A stretch of DNA of 40,080 bases from an uncultured Oscillochloris sp. (GCA_903916565.1 CAIWXH010000229.1:1-40080); one strand, 5' to 3'; counted from the first letter of the stretch, positions 28,057-37,001 are shown. Notes: generated from the sequence alone by a model not told the origin. A program made the numbers and translations.

Positions 28057-29442
28057 CTACCCGAGTTTAACGAAGTACGCCTCGCAGGCGCGGTCGATCA
28101 GTTCCTTGGACATCGAGGGTGGCAGATTGCGGTACTTCGCCTCGTCAAGAATCTGGTCGCAGAGATCGCGCGGGTGGCAGGCGCGCAGGTCACGCCCGAC
28201 CTTCATATAGTGTTCCTGGAGGAGGTGGCGCAGCCCTTCATCGCTATACGGGATCTTTTTGCCCTTGCAGACAAGTTGAAAGATCGAGCGAAACTCGGCG
28301 GGCGAGGGGTTGGGCACCTCGATCTTGTGGCGAATACGGCGCAGAAAAGCGTCGTCCACCAGGTCTTTCGGGTTGAGATTGGTCGAGAAGATAATCAGGA
28401 CATCGAAGGGCACCTGGATCTTCTTGCCAGTCTGGAGGGCGAGGAAGTCAACCTTCTTCTCAAGGGGGACGATCCAGCGGTTGAGCAGATCCTGGGGGCG
28501 GCACTTCTGGCGTCCAAAGTCGTCGATCAGGAAAATGCCGCCGTTGGCCTTGAACTGAAAGGGTGCCTCGTAGACCTTCGAGCCGGGATCAAAGACCAGT
28601 TCAAGTTGCTCCAGGCTCAACTCGCCGCCCACGACAACCCGAGGGCGTTGGCAGACCAGCCAGCGCGCATCAGGGAAGGTCACAACCGTGCGAGTGCCTG
28701 CGGTGGGGCCGCCGAAAGGGGTGCTGCTCTCGGCGTGGCCAACCTCGTGTTGCTTGACGATCTGATGGTTGAGCGGGTCGTAAAACTTGATAATCTGCCC
28801 GTCGATCTCAATCGCGTAGGGGATGATTACATAGCCGCCAAGCATGTTTGAGATGCCCTCGGCGATGGTCGTTTTCCCGTTGCCTGGGGGGCCGTAGAGG
28901 AAGAGCGAACGGGCCGAGTTTGCAGCGGGGCCGATCTTGTCGAGCATCCGCTCGTTGACAATAATATGGTCGAAAGCCTTACGGATGGCGGCTTGGTCGA
29001 TGACCATATCGCCGATCTGTTGGCGCTTGCACATCTCAAGATACTGGTCAAGGGTCACGGGGGCGGGGCCAGCGTACTGTGACCGCTCGAGAATTTCGTT
29101 GACCTTGAGGCGGCCTTTATTGGTAATGATGTACTGGAATGAGCGCTCGCTGAAGCCACCATCGGCACCGATAATATCGGTGAACTCCTCAAGTTTGAGG
29201 AACTCCAGGATCTTGTCGATGACGCCCAAGAAGGGCAGTTTGGTTACTTCTTCAAGGCGCTGGCCGGTAATTGCGCCGGTGAAGTAGATCACCTTGGCGA
29301 TCAAATCGGTGAGGAAGCCCATCGTCAGCCCGGTTTCGGCGACGGTGGTGGGCTGCGTGGGGACATCGGGCAGCGGGGTGCTGTCACGCGCAGCGCTGGC
29401 CGCCGCCTGAGCGGTGGCAATTTCGTGCAGCCGGAATGACAT
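28057..29442 (-). CDS. AAA+ ATPase of unassigned family (about 190-aa unknown N-domain plus a single AAA+ module)
   Basis: 461 aa. Walker A LFLYGPPGNGKTTIAEG; Walker B GGIFLIDDFGRQ; sensor-1 and Arg region IIFSTNLNPKDLVDDAFLRRIRHKIEV. RBS GAAGGAGG. It ends 42 nt upstream of cpaF. Confidence 0.8.
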   Translation of the reverse strand: MSFRLHEIATAQAAASAARDSTPLPDVPTQPTTVAETGLTMGFLTDLIAKVIYFTGAITGQRLEEVTKLPFLGVIDKILEFLKLEEFTDIIGADGGFSERSFQYIITNKGRLKVNEILERSQYAGPAPVTLDQYLEMCKRQQIGDMVIDQAAIRKAFDHIIVNERMLDKIGPAANSARSLFLYGPPGNGKTTIAEGISNMLGGYVIIPYAIEIDGQIIKFYDPLNHQIVKQHEVGHAESSTPFGGPTAGTRTVVTFPDARWLVCQRPRVVVGGELSLEQLELVFDPGSKVYEAPFQFKANGGIFLIDDFGRQKCRPQDLLNRWIVPLEKKVDFLALQTGKKIQVPFDVLIIFSTNLNPKDLVDDAFLRRIRHKIEVPNPSPAEFRSIFQLVCKGKKIPYSDEGLRHLLQEHYMKVGRDLRACHPRDLCDQILDEAKYRNLPPSMSKELIDRACEAYFVKLG

Positions 29443-29552
29443 TGGGCCTCCTTCTGCAAAGCTGTGCTGAACTTCTGAGCGCCGCTGGCAGGGCGCGGTC
29501 GCCTGCCATGATCAAATCGCGTATGGATTTCCAGACTGCACAGCCACTAGTA

Positions 29553-29581
29553 AGTATAAACCTGCCCACGGGTGATCGCAA
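29553..29581 (-). promoter_or_regulatory. Near-consensus sigma70-type promoter for the AAA+/cpaF pair
   Basis: On the minus strand: TTGCGA (29581-29576), 17-nt spacer, TATACT (29558-29553). This is about 105 nt upstream of the AAA+ ATG. Confidence 0.55.
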
Positions 29582-29615
29582 GGTAGGAAGGTCTTTTTAC
29601 GCGCAGAGACAGCAA

Positions 29616-29640
29616 CGCGGGGGAGGTTCACTCCCCCGCG
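29616..29640 (-). terminator. Terminator-like hairpin after the TPR gene
   Basis: CGCGGGGGAG/CTCCCCCGCG form a 10-bp stem with a 5-nt loop, 20 nt past the stop. The minus-strand reading is followed by TTGCTGTCTCT. Confidence 0.5.
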
Positions 29641-29659
29641 CTGTGAGGTGCGCCTAGCG

Positions 29660-30502
29660 CTATTCCTCGATATTCTCGTCCTCGTCGCCCATATCCTGGT
29701 CGATCTCTTCGAGGCCCAACTCCTCTTCGTCGTCGTTGCCGCTGAAATCCTCGTCGGCGGGGTCGGTATCATCGGCCCCGTCCTCATCGTCCAGCACGTC
29801 CTCGTACTCTTCGTAGCGCAGACTAGAGACGTAGGCGGCACCTTCGCCAAGCTTGCCGGGGAAAGAGATGCGGTTGCGCTGGCTGGGGTCCTGGTAGGTT
29901 TCGCGGATGAGCAGGCGCACCTGGCGCGGGTCGTTCTGGGCAATGGCGGCGAGGTAGCGGTTGCCGCCGCCGATCAGCTCGGCGAGGCGCTGGCCGAGTT
30001 TGGGCTCAAGCCGCCCAACGACGGTGCCGTCGGCGTCGATGACGTAGACGTTGCGGCCCTCGACGCGGAAGGTCATCTTCTCGCCGGTGACGAGGGCGTC
30101 CACGGCGGGGCTGCGGGGCACATCAATCAGGGCCGTGATCGCGGTGCGCCCGGTCTCGGTGATGAACATGCGGAGGTCAACCTGCTGGCGGGCCTTGCGG
30201 TTGACCTGGCCGCTCCCGTAGCCACGAGCGAGCAGGGCTTCGAGGCGGGCGACATTCTTGCGCCCGATGGAGTTGGTCGGGATGAGGCGCAGGGTGTGCA
30301 GATAGGCTTCGTGCGACTCGGTGAACTGGCCGAGTTCCATCAGCGCCTTGCCGATCCGATTGTAGGTGTCGGTATCTTCGCCGAGCTGGAGAATCTGCCG
30401 GTTGGATTCGAGTGCCTCGTCCCAGCGGTTCATCGCCGCCAGCTCGACGGCCTTTTCCTGAAGCTTGCGCTTGATGCGCTGCTTTTCGTCTTGCTTCGCC
30501 AA
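29660..30502 (-). CDS. TPR-repeat protein with an unknown central domain and a poly-acidic C-terminal tail
   Basis: 280 aa, TTG start 8 nt after AAGGAGG. N-terminal TPR-like helices (WDEALESNRQILQLGEDTDTYNRIGKALMELGQFTESHEAYLHTL). The last roughly 50 aa are D/E-rich (EEYEDVLDDEDGADDTDPADEDF...DEDENIEE). Confidence 0.75.
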   Translation of the reverse strand: MAKQDEKQRIKRKLQEKAVELAAMNRWDEALESNRQILQLGEDTDTYNRIGKALMELGQFTESHEAYLHTLRLIPTNSIGRKNVARLEALLARGYGSGQVNRKARQQVDLRMFITETGRTAITALIDVPRSPAVDALVTGEKMTFRVEGRNVYVIDADGTVVGRLEPKLGQRLAELIGGGNRYLAAIAQNDPRQVRLLIRETYQDPSQRNRISFPGKLGEGAAYVSSLRYEEYEDVLDDEDGADDTDPADEDFSGNDDEEELGLEEIDQDMGDEDENIEE

Positions 30503-30556
30503 GAGGGAATCCTCCTTGAGCCTAAGCGCGCACCAGCGTGGCGCTGAGGCTGCGTG

Positions 30557-31912
30557 TTAGACCGCCTGGCCCTGGAGTGACCAGGGGCTGGTCTGGGTGA
30601 TGCGTACCGGCACAAGTTGGCCGGTGAGATCGTCGGGGTGGGGGAAGAAGACGAGTTTGTTATTGGGGCTACGCCCGCGCCACTTGCCCTTGCTCTCGCC
30701 CTCGACAAGCGCCTGGACGGTCTGCCCGAGCATGTTGGCGCTGTGCTCGGTGGCGATCTGTTCCTGGGCGGATTCAAGCTCGCGCCGACGGGCCTCTTTC
30801 TCGGCCTCGCTGACGGCCAGCGCCGGGTCGGCCTCTTGCGTAGCGGCGAGCGTGCCGGGGCGGGCCGAGAAGGCGGCGATATGCACCTTATCGAAGCGGA
30901 TCGCCGCGCAGAGGGCCAGCGTCTGCGCGAAGTCCTCGCGGGTTTCGCCGGGGTGCCCAACAATGATGTCGGTGGTCAGCGAGACGTTGGGAATGGTGGC
31001 GCGGATCTTTTCGACCAGGGCCGTGTAGCGTGCGACGGTGTAGCCACGGCGCATCAGCTTGAGTACCTGGTCGGAGCCTGACTGCACGGGGAGGTTGATG
31101 TCGGGCATACAGCGGGGCAGGCTGGCGACGGTAGCAATGAGTTGGTCGGTCATCCAGGCTGGGTGCGAGGTGAGAAAGCGCAGCCGCTGGAGGCCAGGGA
31201 TGGCGTGAACGGCCTCGATGAGGTCGCCCAACTGGGGGCGACCGGGCAGGTCGTGGCCCCACGAATCGACGATCTGGCCGAGGAGCGTAAGCTCGCGGGC
31301 GCCACGAGCGACGAGGCGCTGGCACTCGTCAACCAGTTCGGCGAGGGGGCGCGAGCGCTCGTGGCCGCGCCGCAGCGGAATGACGCAGTAGGCGCAGCTC
31401 CGGTTGCAGCCGTATTGAATGGGGACGTGTACGGCGACGGGCGGGTGTTCCCAGTTGGCGACGGGGAGGGCCGGCTCGTCGAGGGTGTACACGGCGTTGG
31501 GGGCCAGAGCGACCACCGCGTCAACGGCGGAGGGCGAGACGAAGTAATCCACCATCGGCAGTTGCTGCGCGAAGATCGACTGATTCTGCGGGCCGACCAT
31601 GCAGCCCCAGAGGACGACGCGGGTGTCGGGCTGGGCGCGCTTCACGCGAACGAGTTCGCCAAGCTTGCCGAAGATGCGTTCCTCGGCGCTGGCGCGTACG
31701 CTGCACGAATTGAGTACGATGAAGCTGGCCTCCTCGGGGTGGGCGGCGGGGCTGTAGCCCACATTCTGAAGGGCGGCCTCAAGGCGCTCGGAGTCGGAGA
31801 CATTCATTTGGCAGCCGACCGTCCAGAGATAGTAGCGCCGGGAGCGCGGCGTCGTATCGCGGTCGGGCCGCTGGGCGGGGAACAGCTTATCAAGGAACAG
31901 AAGGTCTTGCAT
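30557..31912 (-). CDS. miaB: tRNA-i6A37 methylthiotransferase MiaB
   Basis: 451 aa. N-terminal three-Cys domain (TVGCQMN...NSCSV...WGCM), radical-SAM CNRSCAYC, C-terminal TRAM-like segment. Confidence 0.85.
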   Translation of the reverse strand: MQDLLFLDKLFPAQRPDRDTTPRSRRYYLWTVGCQMNVSDSERLEAALQNVGYSPAAHPEEASFIVLNSCSVRASAEERIFGKLGELVRVKRAQPDTRVVLWGCMVGPQNQSIFAQQLPMVDYFVSPSAVDAVVALAPNAVYTLDEPALPVANWEHPPVAVHVPIQYGCNRSCAYCVIPLRRGHERSRPLAELVDECQRLVARGARELTLLGQIVDSWGHDLPGRPQLGDLIEAVHAIPGLQRLRFLTSHPAWMTDQLIATVASLPRCMPDINLPVQSGSDQVLKLMRRGYTVARYTALVEKIRATIPNVSLTTDIIVGHPGETREDFAQTLALCAAIRFDKVHIAAFSARPGTLAATQEADPALAVSEAEKEARRRELESAQEQIATEHSANMLGQTVQALVEGESKGKWRGRSPNNKLVFFPHPDDLTGQLVPVRITQTSPWSLQGQAV

Positions 31913-31917
31913 AACGA

Positions 31918-32541
31918 CTACCAGACGATGATCGGCAGGCTGGTTTTAATGCTCTTATCGGCAGCCTCGCGGAGCAGTTCGAGGCAGCGGTACGCCTCGG
32001 CATTGGGGCTTACGCCAGCCTTGATCAGCAGTGGCCCCAGCTCGGCCAGTTCGCGCTGAAGGTGGTGCGACGAGCCAAAGTAGGCACTGTCTTCCTCGCC
32101 CTCTTCGTTCTCGAACGAAAGCCAGACCGGCAACTCGAAGTCGGCGGGCAGAAAATAGCTGTTGATGCCCTGAAGGTTGATCAGGTGGCTGAAGCGCGTC
32201 TTGGTCAACTCGTCCCAAATATCGGTGACCGCACGGTCGAGATCCTCGTAGATCACGGGGCCGTCCTCAAGCACCTCGCTCAGATCGTCGTCACGCTCGA
32301 TGTGGACAGCGATGCGCGAAAGCTGATACAGCGCGCCCATATTCTGGAGGCCGCCCTCCCAGACTTGGGTACCGGGCATACTCAGCAGATCGACATCGAT
32401 CCCCTCTTCGCGGAGCTGATCCTGAACGGCAGAGACGGAGTCGTGCTCCTCAGTATAGGTAATCCGATCTTCGTCGGGGCGCACCGTGATCATCGAGCCA
32501 ACCGCAAGGTCGAGCTCGGTAGGCTGGTCGTAGTCGCTCAT
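31918..32541 (-). CDS. Hypothetical acidic protein (207 aa)
   Basis: Start chosen at the ATG at 32541, 4 nt after GGAGGA (the track ORF extends to 32631). The stop lies 5 nt before the miaB ATG. No recognisable motifs. Confidence 0.6.
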   Translation of the reverse strand: MSDYDQPTELDLAVGSMITVRPDEDRITYTEEHDSVSAVQDQLREEGIDVDLLSMPGTQVWEGGLQNMGALYQLSRIAVHIERDDDLSEVLEDGPVIYEDLDRAVTDIWDELTKTRFSHLINLQGINSYFLPADFELPVWLSFENEEGEEDSAYFGSSHHLQRELAELGPLLIKAGVSPNAEAYRCLELLREAADKSIKTSLPIIVW

Positions 32542-32766
32542 CGTTCCTCCATTACGCACGCAAGGCACGCATCCCAGTATACCATACTGATTCTGAGGGC
32601 TTGCTGTACGGGCCATTTGCCGCGCTGGCATGGGCGGGCGAACCGCTCACATTGCCCGTAGGATGCCCCTATGGTAGAATATTTGGGCAATCAGTTCAGG
32701 TGTTCAAGAAGCCGGCCACAAGTCAGCGATGCGGCTGTCGGAGCCTTAGGTAATAGGGGTGAGGTT

Positions 32767-33648
32767 ATGGAGAAGTCTACCTGGACGACACGGGTCGGCC
32801 TGGCCCAGATGCTCAAGGGTGGCGTGATTATGGATGTGGTCACGCCGGAGCAAGCCCGTATCGCCGAGGAGGCCGGTGCCGTCGCGGTGATGGCGCTTGA
32901 GCGCGTCCCCGCTGACATTCGCGCCCAGGGCGGCGTTGCGCGCATGAGCGATCCCGAGCTTATTCTGGCGATCAAAGCGGCGGTGACCATCCCCGTGATG
33001 GCGAAGGCGCGCATCGGCCATTTTGTCGAGGCTCAGGTGCTTGAGGCGCTTGGCATTGACTATATTGATGAGAGTGAGGTGCTGACCCCGGCGGACGAGG
33101 AGCACCATATCAATAAGCATAAGTTCAAGATACCGTTTGTCTGTGGCTGCAAGAACATCGGCGAAGGGCTGCGCCGCATCACCGAGGGCGCGGCGATGCT
33201 CCGCACCAAAGGCGAGGCTGGCACGGGCAATGTGGTCGAGGCGGTGCGCCACGCGCGGGCCGTCAACAGTGAACTGCGCCGCCTCCAGAGCCTCGATGAG
33301 GACGAACTGTTCGTCTACGCCAAGAATATCCAGGCGTCCTACGAATTGGTCAAGCAGGTGGCTGCGGCTGGACGTCTGCCGGTAGTGAACTTCGCGGCGG
33401 GCGGCATCGCCACCCCTGCCGACGCCGCGCTGATGATGCAGCTTGGCGTTGATGGGGTGTTTGTCGGCTCGGGCATCTTCAAGAGCGGCGACCCGGCCAA
33501 GCGGGCGCGGGCGATTGTGGAGGCCACGACCCACTTCAACGACCCCGAGATTATCGCCCGCGTCAGCAAGAGCTTGGGCGAGCCGATGGTTGGGATCGAG
33601 ATCAGCAAGATTCCCGCTGAGCAACTGATGGCGCAGCGCGGCTGGTGA
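32767..33648 (+). CDS. pdxS: Pyridoxal 5'-phosphate synthase subunit PdxS
   Basis: The start at ATG 32767 gives [25 protein letters not shown]...[15 protein letters not shown]...[14 protein letters not shown]. Confidence 0.96.
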   Translation: MEKSTWTTRVGLAQMLKGGVIMDVVTPEQARIAEEAGAVAVMALERVPADIRAQGGVARMSDPELILAIKAAVTIPVMAKARIGHFVEAQVLEALGIDYIDESEVLTPADEEHHINKHKFKIPFVCGCKNIGEGLRRITEGAAMLRTKGEAGTGNVVEAVRHARAVNSELRRLQSLDEDELFVYAKNIQASYELVKQVAAAGRLPVVNFAAGGIATPADAALMMQLGVDGVFVGSGIFKSGDPAKRARAIVEATTHFNDPEIIARVSKSLGEPMVGIEISKIPAEQLMAQRGW

Positions 33649-33653
33649 CGTTA

Positions 33654-33734
33654 TTTTAGATTGCCGATTTTGGATTTTAGAGCGTGGGTTTGCCTGCGGG
33701 CAACGCTAATCTAAAATCCAAAATCTAAAATCAG
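33654..33734. repeat. Long imperfect inverted repeat built from heptamer repeats (GATTTTR / YAAAATC)
   Basis: GATTTTGGATTTTAG (33666-33680) pairs perfectly with CTAAAATCCAAAATC (33711-33725), 15 bp. Inner stems are GCGT/ACGC and TGCC/GGCA. Extra TTTTAGA and TAAAATC units flank it. Confidence 0.85.
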
Positions 33735-33743
33735 AAATCCACA

Positions 33744-34316
33744 ATGACAGTTGGCGTCCTCGCCCTTCAGGGCGACTTCCGCGAACATAGTGCGATCCTC
33801 CGCCAGCTTGGCGCCGACCCGCTTGAGGTGCGGCTGCCCAGACAACTCGCCTCGGTCAACCACCTCATCATTCCTGGCGGCGAGAGTACGACCATCGGGC
33901 GGCTGCTGGCGCTGTACGGGATGCTTGAGCCGCTACGGGCGCGGGCCGGGCGCGACTTGGCGGTCTGGGGCACCTGCGCCGGGGCGATTTTGCTGGCCCG
34001 TGAGATCCTCGACCAGAAGCAGGGTGGTCAGCCTACGCTCAGCGTGATGGATATTACGGTGCGCCGCAACGCCTACGGCGGGCAACTCAACAGCTTCGAG
34101 CTACCCATTGACGCGCCAGCCTTCGGTGAGGGGCCGCTCCACGGCGTCTTTATTCGCGCCCCGCTGATCGAGGCGGTAGGCCAAGGCGTCGAGGTTCTCG
34201 CCAGACTGCCTGATGGCGCAATCATCGCCGCACGCCAGGGTCGCCTGCTTGCGACCACCTTTCACCCTGAGCTCACCGCTGACGCCAGGGTTCATCGCTA
34301 CTTCCTTGAACTATGA
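33744..34316 (+). CDS. pdxT: Pyridoxal 5'-phosphate synthase glutaminase subunit PdxT
   Basis: 190 aa, [13 protein letters not shown]...[10 protein letters not shown]...GTCAG...FHPELT. Confidence 0.95.
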   Translation: MTVGVLALQGDFREHSAILRQLGADPLEVRLPRQLASVNHLIIPGGESTTIGRLLALYGMLEPLRARAGRDLAVWGTCAGAILLAREILDQKQGGQPTLSVMDITVRRNAYGGQLNSFELPIDAPAFGEGPLHGVFIRAPLIEAVGQGVEVLARLPDGAIIAARQGRLLATTFHPELTADARVHRYFLEL

Positions 34317-35305
34317 TTCGCTCTGTCGCGCCGGGTGACCTCTGGTCGCTCCGCCGCAAGCCGCGTAATCAGGTGGTGCTCTACACCGAGGGGCTGTTGG
34401 CCCAGGCACATCGGCCCGCTTGGTTCGCGCTGCGCTGTCTGCTGCAGGGCAATGGCCGCGATCACAGCACGGTGGTTTACCAGGAGCGCGGGGCGGGGGC
34501 GCTTATCCAGGCCCAGGGGCGCGGCGGGCGACCCGAGCAGGATATTGTCTACCTCGCGACGGCGGGCGCGCAGGTGGTCGGGTTGCCCAGCGACTATGAG
34601 CTGTGGTATCGCCTGCTTGAGCGGATCAGCATCAACGCGGGTCAGCATCAGGTGCAGCGTCTGTACGCGGCACCACCGCGCCACCAGAACGAGCTGCGCG
34701 AAATCTTCCGCCAGATGGGCTTTCAGGCGTTTGCCCACGCCACGCTCTTGCAACTCTCTGGCCCCGACTGGGATCAGGGCACCACGCTGGCCCCGATGCG
34801 CGTTCAGTCGCGCCGTGACCACTGGGCGATTCACAAGCTTTATGGGGCGACCACGCCCCATACGGTGCAACTCGCCGAGGTGCGGAACGCCCGCCATTGG
34901 GCGCTGCCGCTGACGCAGCGCTGGGGCGGCCCGCGCCGTATGGCCTGGGTAGTTGGCCCCGATGATGATCTGGCCGCCTACCTGCGGCTCGTCAGCGGCC
35001 CGGCGGGGCACGTCTTTAGTCTGCTGATTCGCTCGGACACCCGCGAGACGGCGGTAGACGTGTTGCGCTTTGGGCTGGCCCAACTCAGTGACACGCGGCC
35101 TGTCTATCTGCTGCTGCGCGAATACCAGGGCGAACTGCTCGCCCCCGCGCAGGATCTCGGCTTTCAGCCGATTGGCGAACAGGCGCTCCTCGTGAAGCAA
35201 ACCGTCGTGCCGGTGCGCCGTAGGTTGCTCGTCCCATCCCTAGAGCCAAGCCGCGATGCGCGGGTGCCTGCCTCCAGAATCACTGCGCCGAGAGAGGAGA
35301 CCTAA
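34313..35305 (+). CDS. Hypothetical protein, possibly tandem GNAT-like acetyltransferase folds
   Basis: 330 aa, with ATGA overlap to pdxT. Two segments end in ...[12 protein letters not shown] and ...[12 protein letters not shown], reminiscent of GNAT C-terminal motifs. The assignment is weak. Confidence 0.5.
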   Translation: MIRSVAPGDLWSLRRKPRNQVVLYTEGLLAQAHRPAWFALRCLLQGNGRDHSTVVYQERGAGALIQAQGRGGRPEQDIVYLATAGAQVVGLPSDYELWYRLLERISINAGQHQVQRLYAAPPRHQNELREIFRQMGFQAFAHATLLQLSGPDWDQGTTLAPMRVQSRRDHWAIHKLYGATTPHTVQLAEVRNARHWALPLTQRWGGPRRMAWVVGPDDDLAAYLRLVSGPAGHVFSLLIRSDTRETAVDVLRFGLAQLSDTRPVYLLLREYQGELLAPAQDLGFQPIGEQALLVKQTVVPVRRRLLVPSLEPSRDARVPASRITAPREET

Positions 35306-36999
35306 TGGTTGATCGTCGTGAAGTCACTAACGACATTGAGCTACTGCTCAGTGCGCTGCCGCCCCACATTACGGCGTCAATTCGTGATGGCGCGGATGAG
35401 GCCGCCGATCTGCTTGAAATCGTGATGGATCTTGGGCGGCTGCCCGAGGCGCGCTATCGCGGGAAGGAGCGCTTTCTCAGCGACCGCGAAGTGACGCTTG
35501 AGGAAATCAACACGGTGATGGCGCAGATTGGCGAGTTTGGCGAGGATAATCGGGCGGGCATCCCGCGCACGCTGCACCGCATCTCGGCCATTCGCAACCG
35601 CAAAGGCATCGTGATCGGCCTCACCTGCCGCGTCGGGCGGGCGGTCTTTGGCACGGTCGCGATTATCCGCGACCTGGTCGAGACCGGGAAGAGCATTCTG
35701 CTGCTGGGCAAGCCCGGCACCGGCAAGACGACGCTGCTGCGCGAGACGGCCCGTGTGCTGGCCGAGGAGCTGCGGAAGCGGGTTGTGATTGTGGACACCT
35801 CGAACGAGATTGCGGGCGACGGCGACATTCCGCACCCCGGCATTGGGCGGGCGCGCCGCATGCAGGTGCCGCGCCCCGCCGAGCAGCACGCGGTGATGAT
35901 TGAGGCGGTCGAGAACCACATGCCCGAGGTGATCGTGATTGACGAGATCGGCACCGAGCTTGAGGCGATGGCGACGCGCACGATTGCCGAGCGCGGCGTG
36001 CAGCTTGTTGGAACGGCCCACGGCAACACGCTCGACAACCTGATGGTCAACCCGACGCTTTCGGATCTGGTGGGCGGCATTCAGGCGGTGACGCTGGGTG
36101 ACGAGGAGGCCCGTCGCCGGGGCACGCAGAAGACGGTGCTTGAGCGCAAGGCGCCGCCGTCGTTCGAGGTGCTGATCGAGATTCAGAGCTGGGATAAGGT
36201 GACGGTCTACGATGATGTGGCGGCGGCGGTGGATGCGATTTTGCGCGGCGAAGATCCGCCCGCCGAAGAGCGCTCACGCGATGCGGATGGCAATGTGGTC
36301 GCCGAGGCGGTGCATCGCGAGGTGATTGACGCCCCGGCGCTGGGGCGGCGCAGCGGCAGCCAGCGCGGCGGTGAGCGGCTGAATCCCCGCGCTGGCGCTG
36401 CGCGCCCCGGCGAAGTGATGGGCACCGCTGGCCCGCGTCTGCGTGAGCGCACGAGCGTCGGCGCAAGCACCGGCAGCCCGATTGCAGCGCAGCCGACGGC
36501 CCCGACGCAGCGCATCTTCCCCTTTGGCGTCAGCCGCAACCGGCTCGAGTCGGCCATCGAGCGCCTGCACGTCCCGGCGGTGATTGTGCGCGAGATGAAG
36601 GACGCCACGCTGGTGATGACGCTCAAGAACTACTATCGCCAGAGCGCCCAGCGCCTGCGCCAGGCCGAAGAGCAGGGCGTCCCGGTCTATGTGCTGCGGA
36701 ATAACACGATTACGCAGATGGAGCGCCAGTTGGCCCACGTCTTCAACCTGCGTGAAGTTGATGCCGATGAGAGCATGCCATCGTCGCGCCGGAATGATGA
36801 TAGCAGCGTGGTCGAGGAGGCGCTGCTTGAGGTCGAGACGGCGATTACCCAGGTGATGAACGGCGAACGTACCACCGTCGAGTTGGCGCCGCGCAGCAGC
36901 TATATTCGCAAGCTGCAGCATCAGATGGCCGACCGCTACAACCTGCGCTCGGAGAGTCGGGGCGAGGAGACGAACCGGCGGGTGAAGATTTTTCGCTAG
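35305..36999 (+). CDS. SpoIIIAA/Ycf45-like AAA ATPase with a C-terminal R3H domain
   Basis: 564 aa. Contains [16 protein letters not shown] (Walker A), VIVIDEIGT (Walker B) and [10 protein letters not shown]. The C-terminus [31 protein letters not shown] is R3H-like. The ATG overlaps the upstream TAA. Confidence 0.85.
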   Translation: MVDRREVTNDIELLLSALPPHITASIRDGADEAADLLEIVMDLGRLPEARYRGKERFLSDREVTLEEINTVMAQIGEFGEDNRAGIPRTLHRISAIRNRKGIVIGLTCRVGRAVFGTVAIIRDLVETGKSILLLGKPGTGKTTLLRETARVLAEELRKRVVIVDTSNEIAGDGDIPHPGIGRARRMQVPRPAEQHAVMIEAVENHMPEVIVIDEIGTELEAMATRTIAERGVQLVGTAHGNTLDNLMVNPTLSDLVGGIQAVTLGDEEARRRGTQKTVLERKAPPSFEVLIEIQSWDKVTVYDDVAAAVDAILRGEDPPAEERSRDADGNVVAEAVHREVIDAPALGRRSGSQRGGERLNPRAGAARPGEVMGTAGPRLRERTSVGASTGSPIAAQPTAPTQRIFPFGVSRNRLESAIERLHVPAVIVREMKDATLVMTLKNYYRQSAQRLRQAEEQGVPVYVLRNNTITQMERQLAHVFNLREVDADESMPSSRRNDDSSVVEEALLEVETAITQVMNGERTTVELAPRSSYIRKLQHQMADRYNLRSESRGEETNRRVKIFR

Positions 37000-37001
37000 G
37001 C

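Noticed and set aside
27592-28851. 419-aa plus-strand ORF, along with 29648-30547(+), 31142-32059(+), 25523-26263(+), 32746-33624(-) and 34298-35200(-).
   Set aside because: They are antisense shadows of the cpaF/AAA+, TPR, miaB, desaturase, pdxS and GNAT-like genes. They have no motifs and a GC-shadow composition.
29443-29552. c-di-GMP riboswitch in the AAA+/cpaF leader.
   Set aside because: By eye it does not resemble the GEMM-I or GEMM-II consensus I remember. I kept it only as a generic structured leader.
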